The notes under the pieces are model-generated. The model ran no database searches, was not told where the DNA came from, and saw only the letters and a list, made by a program, of their open reading frames with translations. Shown here in pieces: positions 30,733 through 39,184 of a DNA stretch of 39,184 nt (positions are counted from its first letter, which is position 1; the number at the start of each line of letters is the position of its first letter). Source of the stretch: Nannocystis pusilla (GTDB taxonomy: Bacteria > Myxococcota_A > Polyangia > Nannocystales > Nannocystaceae); assembly GCF_049337375.1 (NCBI RefSeq), contig NZ_JBMPIV010000015.1, one strand, 5' to 3'. A program made the position numbers and the translations under genes.

Positions 30733-32244
30733 ATGCCAGGTCGCCGCCCCGGAGGCTCGTCCCCCAGCGCCGCGCTCGAGCGGCTGTTCGACCGCGACTC
30801 CCCGCTCTCCTATGAGGAGCGGCTGGAGGCCCTCATCCGCGCGGCGCTGCCGGACCAGGTGCCGCGGCTGTCGTTCGGCGACGAGCTGGCGCGCGGCGGG
30901 ATGGGCTCGGTGCGGCTCGCGTTCGACGAGGTGCTGCAGCGGCGGATGGCCGCCAAGGTCATGCACGCCAAGACCTACGACCACCTGATGCTCGTGCACG
31001 GGTTCTTGCGCGAGGCCCAGGTGACCGGTCAGCTCGACCACCCCAACATCGTGCCGATCCACGAGCTCGGGCGCGACGAGCAGGGCCAGCTCTACTTCAC
31101 GATGAAGCTGGTCGAGGGCCAGAGCCTGAAGGCGCTGATCGGCGGCGAACCGGCGACCGACCACGAGCGGCTGTTCCACCGCCTCGAGATCTTCGTCAAG
31201 GTGTGCGACGCGCTGTCGTTCGCCCACAGCCGCGGGGTGATCCACTGCGACATCAAGTCGGCCAACGTGATGGTCGGCGCCTACGGCCAGGTCTATCTGA
31301 TGGACTGGGGCGGGGCCCAGATCCTGCCGCTGCGGTCCGCGGAAGACGAGGCGCGGTGGGTCCGCGACGCCCTGCCGCCGCTGCCGCCGTCGGAGACCGA
31401 CGGGCTGGTGTTCGGCACGCCGTCGTACATGTCGCCCGAGCAGGCCAACAGCCATCCGCTCGATGAGCGGGCCGACGTGTTCTCGATGGGCGCGCTGCTC
31501 TACGAGATGATGGCCGGGCGTCCGCCGTACCAGGCGCGCACGGCGATGGACGCGCTGATCCTCGCGCGCGAGGCGAAGTTCGCCCCGCCCGACAGCCACG
31601 TCGCGGTGCCGTTCCCGCGGGAGCTGGTGCGCATCGTGACCCGGGCGCTGCGCCGCGACCCCGACGATCGCTACCCGAGCGTGGCGGCGCTGCAGGCCGA
31701 CATCGTCCGCCTGCTGCGCGGCAGCGGCAGCTTCCAGACGGTCCGCTTCGCCGCCGGCGACCACGTGATCCGCGAGGGCGAGATCGGCGACGCGGCCTAC
31801 ATCGTGCTGGCCGGCAGGCTCGAGGTCTACAAGCTCGAGGCCGGGCACCACGTGTCGCTGCGCTGGCTCGGGCCGGGCGACGTGTTCGGCGAGACGTCGA
31901 TCTTCGCCGCCTCGCGCCGGACCGCCAGCGTGCTGGTCGTCGAGGACGCGACGCTCACCAAGATCACCAGCGACCTGATCGAGGAGGAGCTGACGTCGAT
32001 GAAGCCGTGGATGGGCGCGTTCGTGCGCACCCTGGCGGCCCGCTTCGCCGGCGTCGAGGGCCGCGGGTCGCGGACCGCCCCCGTCGAGGGCCCGCCGGGC
32101 TCGGTCGCGCCGCGCTCGGTCCCGCCGATCCCGCCGCCGACCAGCTCGGGCGGCGAGAGCGTGATCATCGACATCGACGAGCCGCTCGACGAGAGCATCG
32201 ACGGCAGCGACATGCACGCGACGCTGCTGGCCCGCCGCGACTGA
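30733..32244 (+). CDS. Ser/Thr protein kinase with a C-terminal cyclic-nucleotide-binding domain
   Basis: Kinase motifs (HCDIKSANVM, DWG, SPEQ). C-terminal cNMP-binding domain (FAAGDHVIREGEIGDAAYIVLAGRLEVY...GPGDVFGETS...RTASVLVVED). ATG at 30733, 52 bp from the divergent enolase-family start. Confidence 0.8.
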   Translation: MPGRRPGGSSPSAALERLFDRDSPLSYEERLEALIRAALPDQVPRLSFGDELARGGMGSVRLAFDEVLQRRMAAKVMHAKTYDHLMLVHGFLREAQVTGQLDHPNIVPIHELGRDEQGQLYFTMKLVEGQSLKALIGGEPATDHERLFHRLEIFVKVCDALSFAHSRGVIHCDIKSANVMVGAYGQVYLMDWGGAQILPLRSAEDEARWVRDALPPLPPSETDGLVFGTPSYMSPEQANSHPLDERADVFSMGALLYEMMAGRPPYQARTAMDALILAREAKFAPPDSHVAVPFPRELVRIVTRALRRDPDDRYPSVAALQADIVRLLRGSGSFQTVRFAAGDHVIREGEIGDAAYIVLAGRLEVYKLEAGHHVSLRWLGPGDVFGETSIFAASRRTASVLVVEDATLTKITSDLIEEELTSMKPWMGAFVRTLAARFAGVEGRGSRTAPVEGPPGSVAPRSVPPIPPPTSSGGESVIIDIDEPLDESIDGSDMHATLLARRD

Positions 32245-32254
32245 CGGACCGAAG

Positions 32255-32340
32255 GGGCGTGTCCGAGGGGGCATGCTCCGGAGGACATGCCTGTTCAGCC
32301 ATGCCATGAAGGACATGTCGATACGGACATGTCCTGTCGC
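32255..32340. repeat. Palindromic array G: six 14-bp units at an exact register, ending GGACATGTCGATACGGACATGTCC
   Basis: cgtg-N10-catg-N10-catg-N10-catg-N10-catg-N10-catg-N10-cagc. The array lies between convergent gene ends. Confidence 0.65.
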
Positions 32341-32400
32341 ACAGCGAGGCGCTGCGCGGCGCCGGCTCGGGTCGAGCGCGCACGCCCTCCCGCGCTCGCC

Positions 32401-33627
32401 TCAGGCCCGCGCGGGCAGGGAGTCGAGCAGCTCTTGCAGCGCGCGCGGCAGGGCGGTGAAGCGGACCACCGCGCGGCCCGGGCCGGCGGCGACGACCTTG
32501 GCGTAGGCGTCGACGCCGGGCAGGGCGGCGAGGACGAGCTTGAGGTCGGCGCGCAGCGGCAGCGAGGCGGCGACGCGCAGCTCGGCGTTGTGGCGCTCGT
32601 CGTGGGCCACGAGCAGGGCCGGGAACTCCTGGCCGCCGGTGTCCTTGCCCTCGAGCGCCGTGAATACGAGCGGCTGCGGCTCGGCCAGGACCCGCCACTC
32701 GGCGGCCTCTTCGATCATGTGGATGGCGAACGGGCCGTCGACGCCGGTGACGTCGTGGATCGTGATCGGCTCGCGCACGCCCTTGGGCCGGACCTCGAAG
32801 CAGCCGCGGGTGCGGAGGCGGTCGCCGAGGGCTCGCGCGGCCGACTCGGAGATCAGCACCTGGCCGCCGACGGTGTAGCTCTCGATGCGCGAGGTCAGGT
32901 TGACGTGGCGGCCGACCACGCCGTACTTGGCGCGGCGGTTCGAGCCGATGTTGCCGACCACGACCTCGCCGGTGTGGACGCCGATGCCCATCTCGAGCGC
33001 GGGCAGGCCGTGCTCGGCTAGCTCGGCGTTGACGCGGCCCATCGCCCGCTGCATGGCGATCGCGCAGGCGACCGCGCGCTCGGGGTGGTCGTCCTGCGGC
33101 ACCGGGGCGCCGAACACCGCGAGGATGGCGTCGCCGATGAACTCGTTGATCGAGCCGCGGTACTCGCCGATCACGTCGGCCATGGCGCCGAGGTAGATGT
33201 TGAGGATCGCCACCACCTGCTCGGGGCCCAATCCCTCGCACAGGGTCGAGAAGCCGCGCAGGTCGGAGATCAGGATCGTCAGGGTGCGCCGCTCGCCGCC
33301 GAGCTGGCGGCCCTCCGGCGAGGCGAGCAAGGTGTTGACGACCTCGTCGGTGACGTGGCGGCCGAACACCTGGCGGATGAAGGTGTTGCGCAGCTCGAGC
33401 TCGACCACCAGGGCCTCGACTTGCTCGATCTTGACGGCCAGCTGCTCCTCGATCTCGTTGGCGTGCTCGAGCGTCGAGTCGTGCAGCAGCACCAGGTCGT
33501 CGTGCTCGGCCTGCAGCGCGGCGACGGCGGCCATGAACTCGGCGCGCGCGGCCGGGTCGGCCAGGAGCTCGGCCGCGGCGTCGGGGTCGGCGAGGGCTCG
33601 CCGCCAGCGCGGGTCATCCGTGAGCAT
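32401..33627 (-). CDS. Class III adenylate/guanylate cyclase with an N-terminal coiled-coil (signalling helix) region
   Basis: CHD motifs ILISDLRGFSTL, FIGDAILAVFG, GIGVHTGEVVVGNIG and RAKYGVVGRHVNLTSRIES. About 150-aa helical N-terminus. The start is 13 bp after the stop of the SiaC-like gene. Confidence 0.85.
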   Translation of the reverse strand: MLTDDPRWRRALADPDAAAELLADPAARAEFMAAVAALQAEHDDLVLLHDSTLEHANEIEEQLAVKIEQVEALVVELELRNTFIRQVFGRHVTDEVVNTLLASPEGRQLGGERRTLTILISDLRGFSTLCEGLGPEQVVAILNIYLGAMADVIGEYRGSINEFIGDAILAVFGAPVPQDDHPERAVACAIAMQRAMGRVNAELAEHGLPALEMGIGVHTGEVVVGNIGSNRRAKYGVVGRHVNLTSRIESYTVGGQVLISESAARALGDRLRTRGCFEVRPKGVREPITIHDVTGVDGPFAIHMIEEAAEWRVLAEPQPLVFTALEGKDTGGQEFPALLVAHDERHNAELRVAASLPLRADLKLVLAALPGVDAYAKVVAAGPGRAVVRFTALPRALQELLDSLPARA

Positions 33628-33640
33628 GCGGGCGGCCGGC

Positions 33641-34015
33641 TCAGTCGAGGGCGATGACGATCGTCGGCAGGAATTTCTTGAGGTTGGGCAGCGACTTGCC
33701 CTGCCACGGGATGGTCGACGAGCCGTGGACCTTGATCTCGGTCTCGCCCTTCTTGCGCGCGGCGATGGCGAACTTGTAGAGCATGTTGATGCCCGAGCTG
33801 TTCAGGAACTGCAGCTCGGTCATGCGCAGGCCGAGCGCGGGGCTTTCCAGCAGGACGCGGTCGAGCAGGTCCTCGATCGGCTTGTACTCGCTGGTGCTGA
33901 GGCGGAGCACGCCCTCGAAGTGGACCGTGCGCGCGGGCGCGTCGAACCACACGCGATAGCCGGGGCCTTTGATGTCGGTGTCCGACCCGGAGGGTCGCGT
34001 AGTTGTGTCCGTCAT
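33641..34015 (-). CDS. DUF1987 / SiaC-like partner-switch protein
   Basis: 124 aa. FEGVLRLSTSEYKPIEDLL and LRMTELQFLNSSGINMLYKF align with the two conserved DUF1987/SiaC blocks (as recalled: GDSYPENSY...IDWV and LRLLYLNTSSIKAM). ATGA overlap with the upstream kinase gene. Confidence 0.65.
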   Translation of the reverse strand: MTDTTTRPSGSDTDIKGPGYRVWFDAPARTVHFEGVLRLSTSEYKPIEDLLDRVLLESPALGLRMTELQFLNSSGINMLYKFAIAARKKGETEIKVHGSSTIPWQGKSLPNLKKFLPTIVIALD

Positions 34016-34575
34016 GACGATTTCACCTGTAGCCGGGCGGCGGTCTTGAGGAGCGCGTTGTCAGGATTGCCAGGGGCGGGGTCGAAGCGCCAGCCGAGCC
34101 GGGCCTTGTAGTCCGACAGCATGGTGAGAAAGCCCAGGCCCGAGGTCGTGAGTTCGGGGTTGGCGGCGTTCTCCTCGACCCGCTGCATCAGGAGCTCGGC
34201 GGGATCGCCGTCGAGCAGCTCGGCGAACTTGACCCGCAGGCCGTCGACCGCGTCGCCGCACACCTGGTTGCTGACGACGACCACGAACTCGCCCGCCTCG
34301 ACGCCTGCGTCGATGACGACGGTGCCGCCGGCGCAGAACTTGACCGCGTTCTCGATCAGCTCGTTGAGCACGTAGCCGACGCTGCCGACGAAGTCGCGCC
34401 GCTCGGCCTCCTCGGTGAGCCCGCCCTCGCCGACGTCGACGAAGTACTCGGCGAAGAAGTCGGCCGCCACGCTGCACTGGTTCCACTTGACCGGGAACGC
34501 CCCGGGGTAGAACGTCAGCATGACGCGCGGTCCAGCGTCGGTGGGCTCTTTGTACTCGCCGATGATGCCGTCCAT
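34012..34575 (-). CDS. SiaB-like GHKL-fold (RsbW-type) Ser/Thr kinase
   Basis: Internal ATG at 34575 with GGAGAG Shine-Dalgarno. N-box LNELIENAVKF. 187 aa. The N-terminal 53 aa of the ORF-track frame are Arg/Gly artefact. Confidence 0.65.
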   Translation of the reverse strand: MDGIIGEYKEPTDAGPRVMLTFYPGAFPVKWNQCSVAADFFAEYFVDVGEGGLTEEAERRDFVGSVGYVLNELIENAVKFCAGGTVVIDAGVEAGEFVVVVSNQVCGDAVDGLRVKFAELLDGDPAELLMQRVEENAANPELTTSGLGFLTMLSDYKARLGWRFDPAPGNPDNALLKTAARLQVKSS

Positions 34576-34598
34576 ACTCTCCGTCCGCCTCGGGCGCC

Positions 34599-36959
34599 TC
34601 AGCGCCGCTTGATCACCACCGTCGTGATGTCGTCGAAGACCTTCTGCGCGCCGATGAAGCGCATGACGTCGTCGACGATCGCCTGCTTGATGTCCGCCGC
34701 CGGCCGCTCGTGGACCCGGCGCACGACCTCGCACAGGCGGTCGATGCCGTACTGCTCGCCGTGGATGTCCTCCGCCTCGGTTATGCCGTCAGTGTACAGG
34801 ACGACGACATCGCCCGGCGACAGGCGCAGCTCGGTGCGGGCGATGAACGCGGCGATGTCGACCTCGAGGCCCACCGGCATGCCGAGGTCGACCGTGTCGA
34901 TGCGCTCGATCGAGCCGCCCCGCCGGACCACCACCGCCTCCTCGTGCTGCCCGGTGAGGCGCAGCACGCCCTGCGCGTAGTCGAGGAGCACCAGCGTCGC
35001 GGTGCGGTCGAGGCCGACGCGCTGGATGTTCTGGTAGAGGACCTTGTTGACGATGTTGAGGAAGCGCTCCGCGTCGCGCTCCTCGGCGGCCTGCAGGGTG
35101 CGCACGGCCGTCTGGATCATCAGCATCAGCACGCCGCTCTCGAGGCCGTGGCCGGTGACGTCGCCGATGCCGATCTTGACGCCGTCGCCGGCGCGCAGGA
35201 CGTCGTAGTAGTCGCCGCCGACCTCGTCCGCGGGGCGCATGTAGCCGGCGACGTCCAGGCCCTCGAGCTCGGCCAGCTCGCGCTCCTGCGGCAGCACCAT
35301 GAGCTGCAGCCGGCGGGCGACGTCGAGCTCGGCGCCGAGCCGCAGGTTCTCCTGCTTGAGCCGCTCGTTGAGCGCCATGATCTCGCGGGAGGCCCGCTGC
35401 AGCTCGGCGGTGCGCTGCTCGACCAGGCGCTCGAGGTCGTGCGTATACGCGCGGATCTCGGCGGCCATCTGGTTGAAGGCGCGGCCGAGCGCGCCGAACT
35501 CGTCGTCGCTGCGCACTTCGACCCGCACGTCGTAGTCCTTCTGCGCGATCTTGCCGGCGCCCGCGGCGAGGTCGACCAGCGCGCCGGTCATGCGCCGCGA
35601 GACCAGGAGGATCCCGAACATCACGACGGCGAGCGCGACCAATGTGATGACGACCTGGCTGCTGAGGATCCCGCGGCTGCTGGCGGCGATGGTGTCCTGC
35701 GCCTTATGGAGCGAGGCGTAGATCTCGGCGGCCGGCACGACGAAGCCGAGGGTCCAGCGCTCCGGCACGATGTCGGTCGAACCCGACCAGACGTTGAACG
35801 GATCGAGCCGCTTGAGCACGACGACGTAGTCCTTGCCGCCGATCGCTACCGGGTCGCGATAGTCGACGGTGTCGCCGCCGGGCAGCGCGAGCGCCCGGAT
35901 GGCCGGGTCGCGCGACTGGTGCAGGAACTGCTGAAAGATGTCGACGCCGGCGCCCGACGAGCCGCTGGCCTGCTGCAGGCCGAGGATCTCCTGCCCGTCG
36001 GCGTTGACGGCGAACACGTTGCCGTTCTCCTGGGCGAGGAAGGCGAAGCCCGAGCCGGCGAGCTCGAGGTCCTGGACGTAGCGGATCAGTTGGCCGAGGG
36101 TGACGTCGACGCCGACGGCCCCGGCGAAGCGCGCGCGCGAGGCGTCCCACAGCGGCTGAAACATGGTCATGATGGCCCCGCTGCCGCCCGCGTCGGTGTA
36201 CGGCGCGGTGCCGGTGACCTGCGCCGCCGGGTCGCGCATGCGCGCGGGGTCGGCGAGCCAGCGCCGCCAGCCGTCGACGATGCCGGGGAAGTAGAAGCCC
36301 CAGAACGGGCTCTTGTTGTGGCCGGGATAGAGTCGATCGGCGTGGCCGGCTGCGTCGGCGTAGGGGGCGATCCGCAGGTACTCGGCGCCCTCGGGGCCGA
36401 TGAAGTACATGGCCTGCTTCTCGGCCCCGTACTGCAGCAGCGCGGGCAGCAGGAGGTCGAGCAGGGCGGTCTGCTCGACCGCGGCGCGGACCTCGGGCTT
36501 GATGTCCCGAAGGCCAGGTTGATTCGGATCGGCCGGTGCGTGCAGGTAGCCCCACACGGCCACCGCCGACGCCTCGCCGGCCTCGGTCTGCGACCAGTCG
36601 CCCCGCGGGTCGTAGACGAGGGCGTCGCGCAGCGGGCCGGCGGCAGCAGCGGCGGCGGTCAGCGGCGCGAGGTCGGCCTGCTTGTCGATGAGCGTCTGGG
36701 TGACCGCCGCGAGCACGCCGAGCTCGGCCCGCGCCCGCCCGCGCAGGAATTCGACGCGCTGCGCGGTGTCCTCGATGTGGTTGGTGAGGTACTCGCGGCT
36801 GGCCCGCTCGAGGCCCTTGCGGATCTCCTCGGACGCGTCGCCGCCGAGCACGCGGATGCCCTGCAGCGAGGCCAGCGCCGCGAGCGTCAGCCCGATGACC
36901 AGCCCGACCCCGGCGACGAGGACGAACTTGGTGCGGAACTTTGAGCCCTTGGTGGCCAT
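34599..36959 (-). CDS. SiaA-like membrane sensor PP2C (SpoIIE/RsbU-type) phosphatase with periplasmic domain and HAMP
   Basis: TM1 (res 12-30), about 400-aa periplasmic domain, TM2, HAMP plus coiled coil, PP2C motifs (GGDYYDV, GDVTGHG, YTDGITEA, FDDIT). Confidence 0.85.
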   Translation of the reverse strand: MATKGSKFRTKFVLVAGVGLVIGLTLAALASLQGIRVLGGDASEEIRKGLERASREYLTNHIEDTAQRVEFLRGRARAELGVLAAVTQTLIDKQADLAPLTAAAAAAGPLRDALVYDPRGDWSQTEAGEASAVAVWGYLHAPADPNQPGLRDIKPEVRAAVEQTALLDLLLPALLQYGAEKQAMYFIGPEGAEYLRIAPYADAAGHADRLYPGHNKSPFWGFYFPGIVDGWRRWLADPARMRDPAAQVTGTAPYTDAGGSGAIMTMFQPLWDASRARFAGAVGVDVTLGQLIRYVQDLELAGSGFAFLAQENGNVFAVNADGQEILGLQQASGSSGAGVDIFQQFLHQSRDPAIRALALPGGDTVDYRDPVAIGGKDYVVVLKRLDPFNVWSGSTDIVPERWTLGFVVPAAEIYASLHKAQDTIAASSRGILSSQVVITLVALAVVMFGILLVSRRMTGALVDLAAGAGKIAQKDYDVRVEVRSDDEFGALGRAFNQMAAEIRAYTHDLERLVEQRTAELQRASREIMALNERLKQENLRLGAELDVARRLQLMVLPQERELAELEGLDVAGYMRPADEVGGDYYDVLRAGDGVKIGIGDVTGHGLESGVLMLMIQTAVRTLQAAEERDAERFLNIVNKVLYQNIQRVGLDRTATLVLLDYAQGVLRLTGQHEEAVVVRRGGSIERIDTVDLGMPVGLEVDIAAFIARTELRLSPGDVVVLYTDGITEAEDIHGEQYGIDRLCEVVRRVHERPAADIKQAIVDDVMRFIGAQKVFDDITTVVIKRR

Positions 36960-36980
36960 GCGGTCGAGCGGCGAGGGCCG

Positions 36981-38153
36981 TCAGCGCTCCGGTTTGCGGC
37001 CGGAGGCGACGTAGATCGGCCAGGTGGCGAAGCCGCGGCGGCTGCGGATCGCGTAGACGTGATCGCGGAAGCCCATGCGCAGGCGCTCGACCACCTCCGG
37101 CGGCTGCTGCGTGGCGGTCGACAGCTCGCCGGTGACGTACTCCTCCCAGCTCTCGATCACCCGCGCGAAGTCGTCGATCGCGGTGTTGTTGTTGGTGATC
37201 GGGATCTGCTCCATGCGCACGTCCTCGAGGCCCATGTCGGTGAGCTGCGAGAACATCTTGGGCCCGAAGTTCATGTCCATGCCGAGGCTCTGGGCGATCT
37301 TCACGGCCTGCTGGTAGGTCCACGCGACCGACTCGTGGCGCGGGTAGCCGTAGTTGTGCGCCGTCATCTCGTTGGTCAGGTAGACCCGACCGCCGGGTTT
37401 ACAGATCCGCACCAGCTCGCGCAAGATGCTCGACGGGTCGTTGAAGATCTGCAGCGCCAGGCGCGAGGTGACGAAGTCGAAGCTGTTCGACGGCAAGAAC
37501 AGGTGGGTCGCGTCGCCGAACTGATACTCGATGTCGGTGATGCCGAACTCGCGGGCCATCTGCTGCGCGTATTGGAGGAAGGGCCGCGAGTGGTCGACGC
37601 CGACGATGTACGCGGGCTCGAACTCCTTGTAGACGAGCACCGCGAAGTCGCCGATCCCGCAGCAGATGTCGGCGATCCGCATGTGCTTGCCGAGGCCGTG
37701 GCGGCGCAGCAGCTCGCGCTCGTGCGACCACACGATGTTGGTCTGAGTCCGCAGGACCGGCACGAGCTGGTCGTTCTCGATGACGCCCTGGCCGGGGTAA
37801 AACGCCTTGTCGTACTGCTCGACGATGGTGTTGCCGAACTGCGCGCCGAGGAAGCCGAACCGCAGCGGCGCCCACGGGACGACGCTCGAGACGACGAGCT
37901 TGAGCTTGAGGCCCGGGTGGCGCTCGGCGCAGGCGGCGATGAAGCGCGCGAGCTCGAGGAAGCCGGTGTGGTTGAGGTAACGCAGGCGCTTGAAGTTGAG
38001 GTAGAGGACGCCGCGCACGGCGTCGGCGGCGTGGTCGAGGCGCGCCCGCACCGGCGCGAACGCCTCGGGGCCGGCGGGCCGCAGCGTCCCCTCGAGCGCG
38101 ACCTCCTGGTCGTTCTCGCTAAAGCGGATCGAAAACGGTTGCTCGTTCTCCAT
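36981..38153 (-). CDS. DUF1987/SiaC-like N-terminal domain fused to a class I SAM-dependent methyltransferase
   Basis: Residues 1-110 (ALEGTLRP...VLYLNFKRLRYLNHTGFLELARFI) match the same two DUF1987 blocks as CDS 33641..34015. The C-terminal half has MTase motif I (ADICCGIGDFAV) and a post-I/II region (ICKPGGRVYL). Confidence 0.7.
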   Translation of the reverse strand: MENEQPFSIRFSENDQEVALEGTLRPAGPEAFAPVRARLDHAADAVRGVLYLNFKRLRYLNHTGFLELARFIAACAERHPGLKLKLVVSSVVPWAPLRFGFLGAQFGNTIVEQYDKAFYPGQGVIENDQLVPVLRTQTNIVWSHERELLRRHGLGKHMRIADICCGIGDFAVLVYKEFEPAYIVGVDHSRPFLQYAQQMAREFGITDIEYQFGDATHLFLPSNSFDFVTSRLALQIFNDPSSILRELVRICKPGGRVYLTNEMTAHNYGYPRHESVAWTYQQAVKIAQSLGMDMNFGPKMFSQLTDMGLEDVRMEQIPITNNNTAIDDFARVIESWEEYVTGELSTATQQPPEVVERLRMGFRDHVYAIRSRRGFATWPIYVASGRKPER

Positions 38154-38165
38154 ACCCAGCTCGGC

Positions 38166-38672
38166 TCACTCGTGCGGGACGGTAAGGACGATGACGCCGA
38201 CGCCGTCGCCCTCGCGCAGCGCGAGCTCGACGCCGTGGAGCGCGACCAATTCGAGCAGCCCGACCTCGGCCGGCGGACGCAGGATCATCGACTCGAACTC
38301 GGCCTCGTAGCGAGCGCGCGCGTCCGCCGGCGCGACCCGCCCGAGGTCGTCGCGCAGCCGCTGCGCGAGCGCCTCGTCGGTCGGTATCGTCAGCTCGGCG
38401 ATCACGTGCTCGTCGGTGCGCCCGACCTCGACCACGATCTCGCCCTCGCTCGGCCGGGCGCGGAACACGTACTCGAGCACCTCGTTGAGATAGGTCGAGA
38501 GGCGCGTGGTCAGCTGCTCGGGATCGAAGCGATCGGAGGCGACGAAGCGCGCGATGTAATCGGCCAGCCGCTGGCAGTGCGTCCAGCTGTCATAGAGGCC
38601 GCGGACGCTGATCCGGAGGGTGAGGATCGGGCTCGGGCCGGGAGGTGAGGGGGGCGCGAGGTCGGAGGTCAT
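38166..38672 (-). CDS. SiaB-like paralog with a degenerate ATP-binding N-box (candidate pseudokinase / binding partner)
   Basis: Co-linear similarity with CDS 34012..34575 (LTLRISV..C..LADYIARFV...STYLNEVLEYVFRA), but the N-box Asn is replaced (ELIENAVKF versus EVLEYVFRA). The start is uncertain: ATG at 38672 or GTG at 38708. Confidence 0.45.
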   Translation of the reverse strand: MTSDLAPPSPPGPSPILTLRISVRGLYDSWTHCQRLADYIARFVASDRFDPEQLTTRLSTYLNEVLEYVFRARPSEGEIVVEVGRTDEHVIAELTIPTDEALAQRLRDDLGRVAPADARARYEAEFESMILRPPAEVGLLELVALHGVELALREGDGVGVIVLTVPHE

Positions 38673-38940
38673 GCCGGGGCGAGGGCGGGAGAGGGGCAGC
38701 AGGCGCACCTCGCCCGGATCCGGGCACGGACGGCGCCTCGGTTCACGGTATCACGAAGCCGTCGCGGCCGGCCGCGAGCCGCGGACGCGTGGCCGGACGC
38801 AGGGGCGCGCCGGAGCCCGGGTCCGCGCGCGGACGTGCGCCGGCGCAGACGGCCCGCGCGGGCGCGAAAAAAGCTCGCGGGCCTCGGGAACAAGCCCCAA
38901 AGGGCCGTGTCCGAGGCGCCACACGACCGGGGCAAGGACG

Positions 38941-39184
38941 ATGACAACGACCAAGACGCTCGCCATCAAAGTCTTTTACGGCGATCAGCTCGTCGATACG
39001 CAGACGCTGACGCAAGACGTTATCAAGATCGGAAAACTGAAGAGTAGCCACATCTGTCTGGATGACGAGGCCGTGGCCCGCATGCACGCCGTGATCGAGG
39101 TGTCCGGCGAAGAGGTGCGGGTGATCGATCTCGGGAGCGCGGCGGGCACCGTGCTCAACGGCCAGCGGATCGACAAGAACGCGG
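38941..39184 (+). CDS. FHA-domain protein, N-terminal part; the gene continues past the window end
   Basis: MTTTKTLAIKVFYGDQLVDTQTLTQDVIKIGKLKSSHICLDDEAVARMHAVIEVSGEEVRVIDLGSAAGTVLNGQRI is a canonical FHA fold signature (R..H, S, NGT-like, NG). AAGGA Shine-Dalgarno before the ATG. Confidence 0.7.
   Translation, partial: MTTTKTLAIKVFYGDQLVDTQTLTQDVIKIGKLKSSHICLDDEAVARMHAVIEVSGEEVRVIDLGSAAGTVLNGQRIDKNA

Overview
This is a very GC-rich chromosomal segment (about 70% GC). Frequent LAGC-type lipoboxes, FHA and Ser/Thr-kinase content, and TTG/GTG starts suggest a Myxococcota-like organism; that placement is inference. Housekeeping genes (carB-greA, purT, a CysQ/IMPase-family phosphatase) are interleaved with secreted Cys-rich lipoproteins, regulators and a dense signalling island. 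Many of the long ORFs in the six-frame track are antisense or alternative-frame artefacts of GC3 bias; I kept only frames with recognisable protein-like composition or motifs. Coordinates I read off the sequence lines occasionally disagreed by +/-1 with the ORF table, so treat motif positions as +/-2 bp.

The most notable content is as follows.

1. A six-gene minus-strand operon (32401..38672). A SiaA-like sensor PP2C phosphatase, a SiaB-like GHKL kinase and a SiaC-like DUF1987 protein are wired to a class III adenylate/guanylate cyclase instead of a GGDEF output. Upstream in the same operon sit a second SiaB-like paralog and a DUF1987 domain fused to a SAM methyltransferase. A Ser/Thr kinase with a cNMP-binding domain lies convergent next door.

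2. A dispersed family of CATGTCC-N4-GGACATG palindromes. They form arrays with a strict 14-bp CATG register at seven gene-end intergenic sites (mostly between convergent gene ends), with single copies inside coding sequence and in one promoter.

3. An MFS transporter, radical-SAM/SPASM-like enzyme and small membrane protein operon (20493..23159), with a hypothetical CDS 3 bp downstream (23163..24206).

4. A 1.1-kb repeat-saturated non-coding gap (4097..5189) holding 35-bp and 36-bp tandem arrays.

5. A Ser/Thr-kinase::AAA/STAND::TPR giant protein co-transcribed with an enolase-superfamily enzyme.
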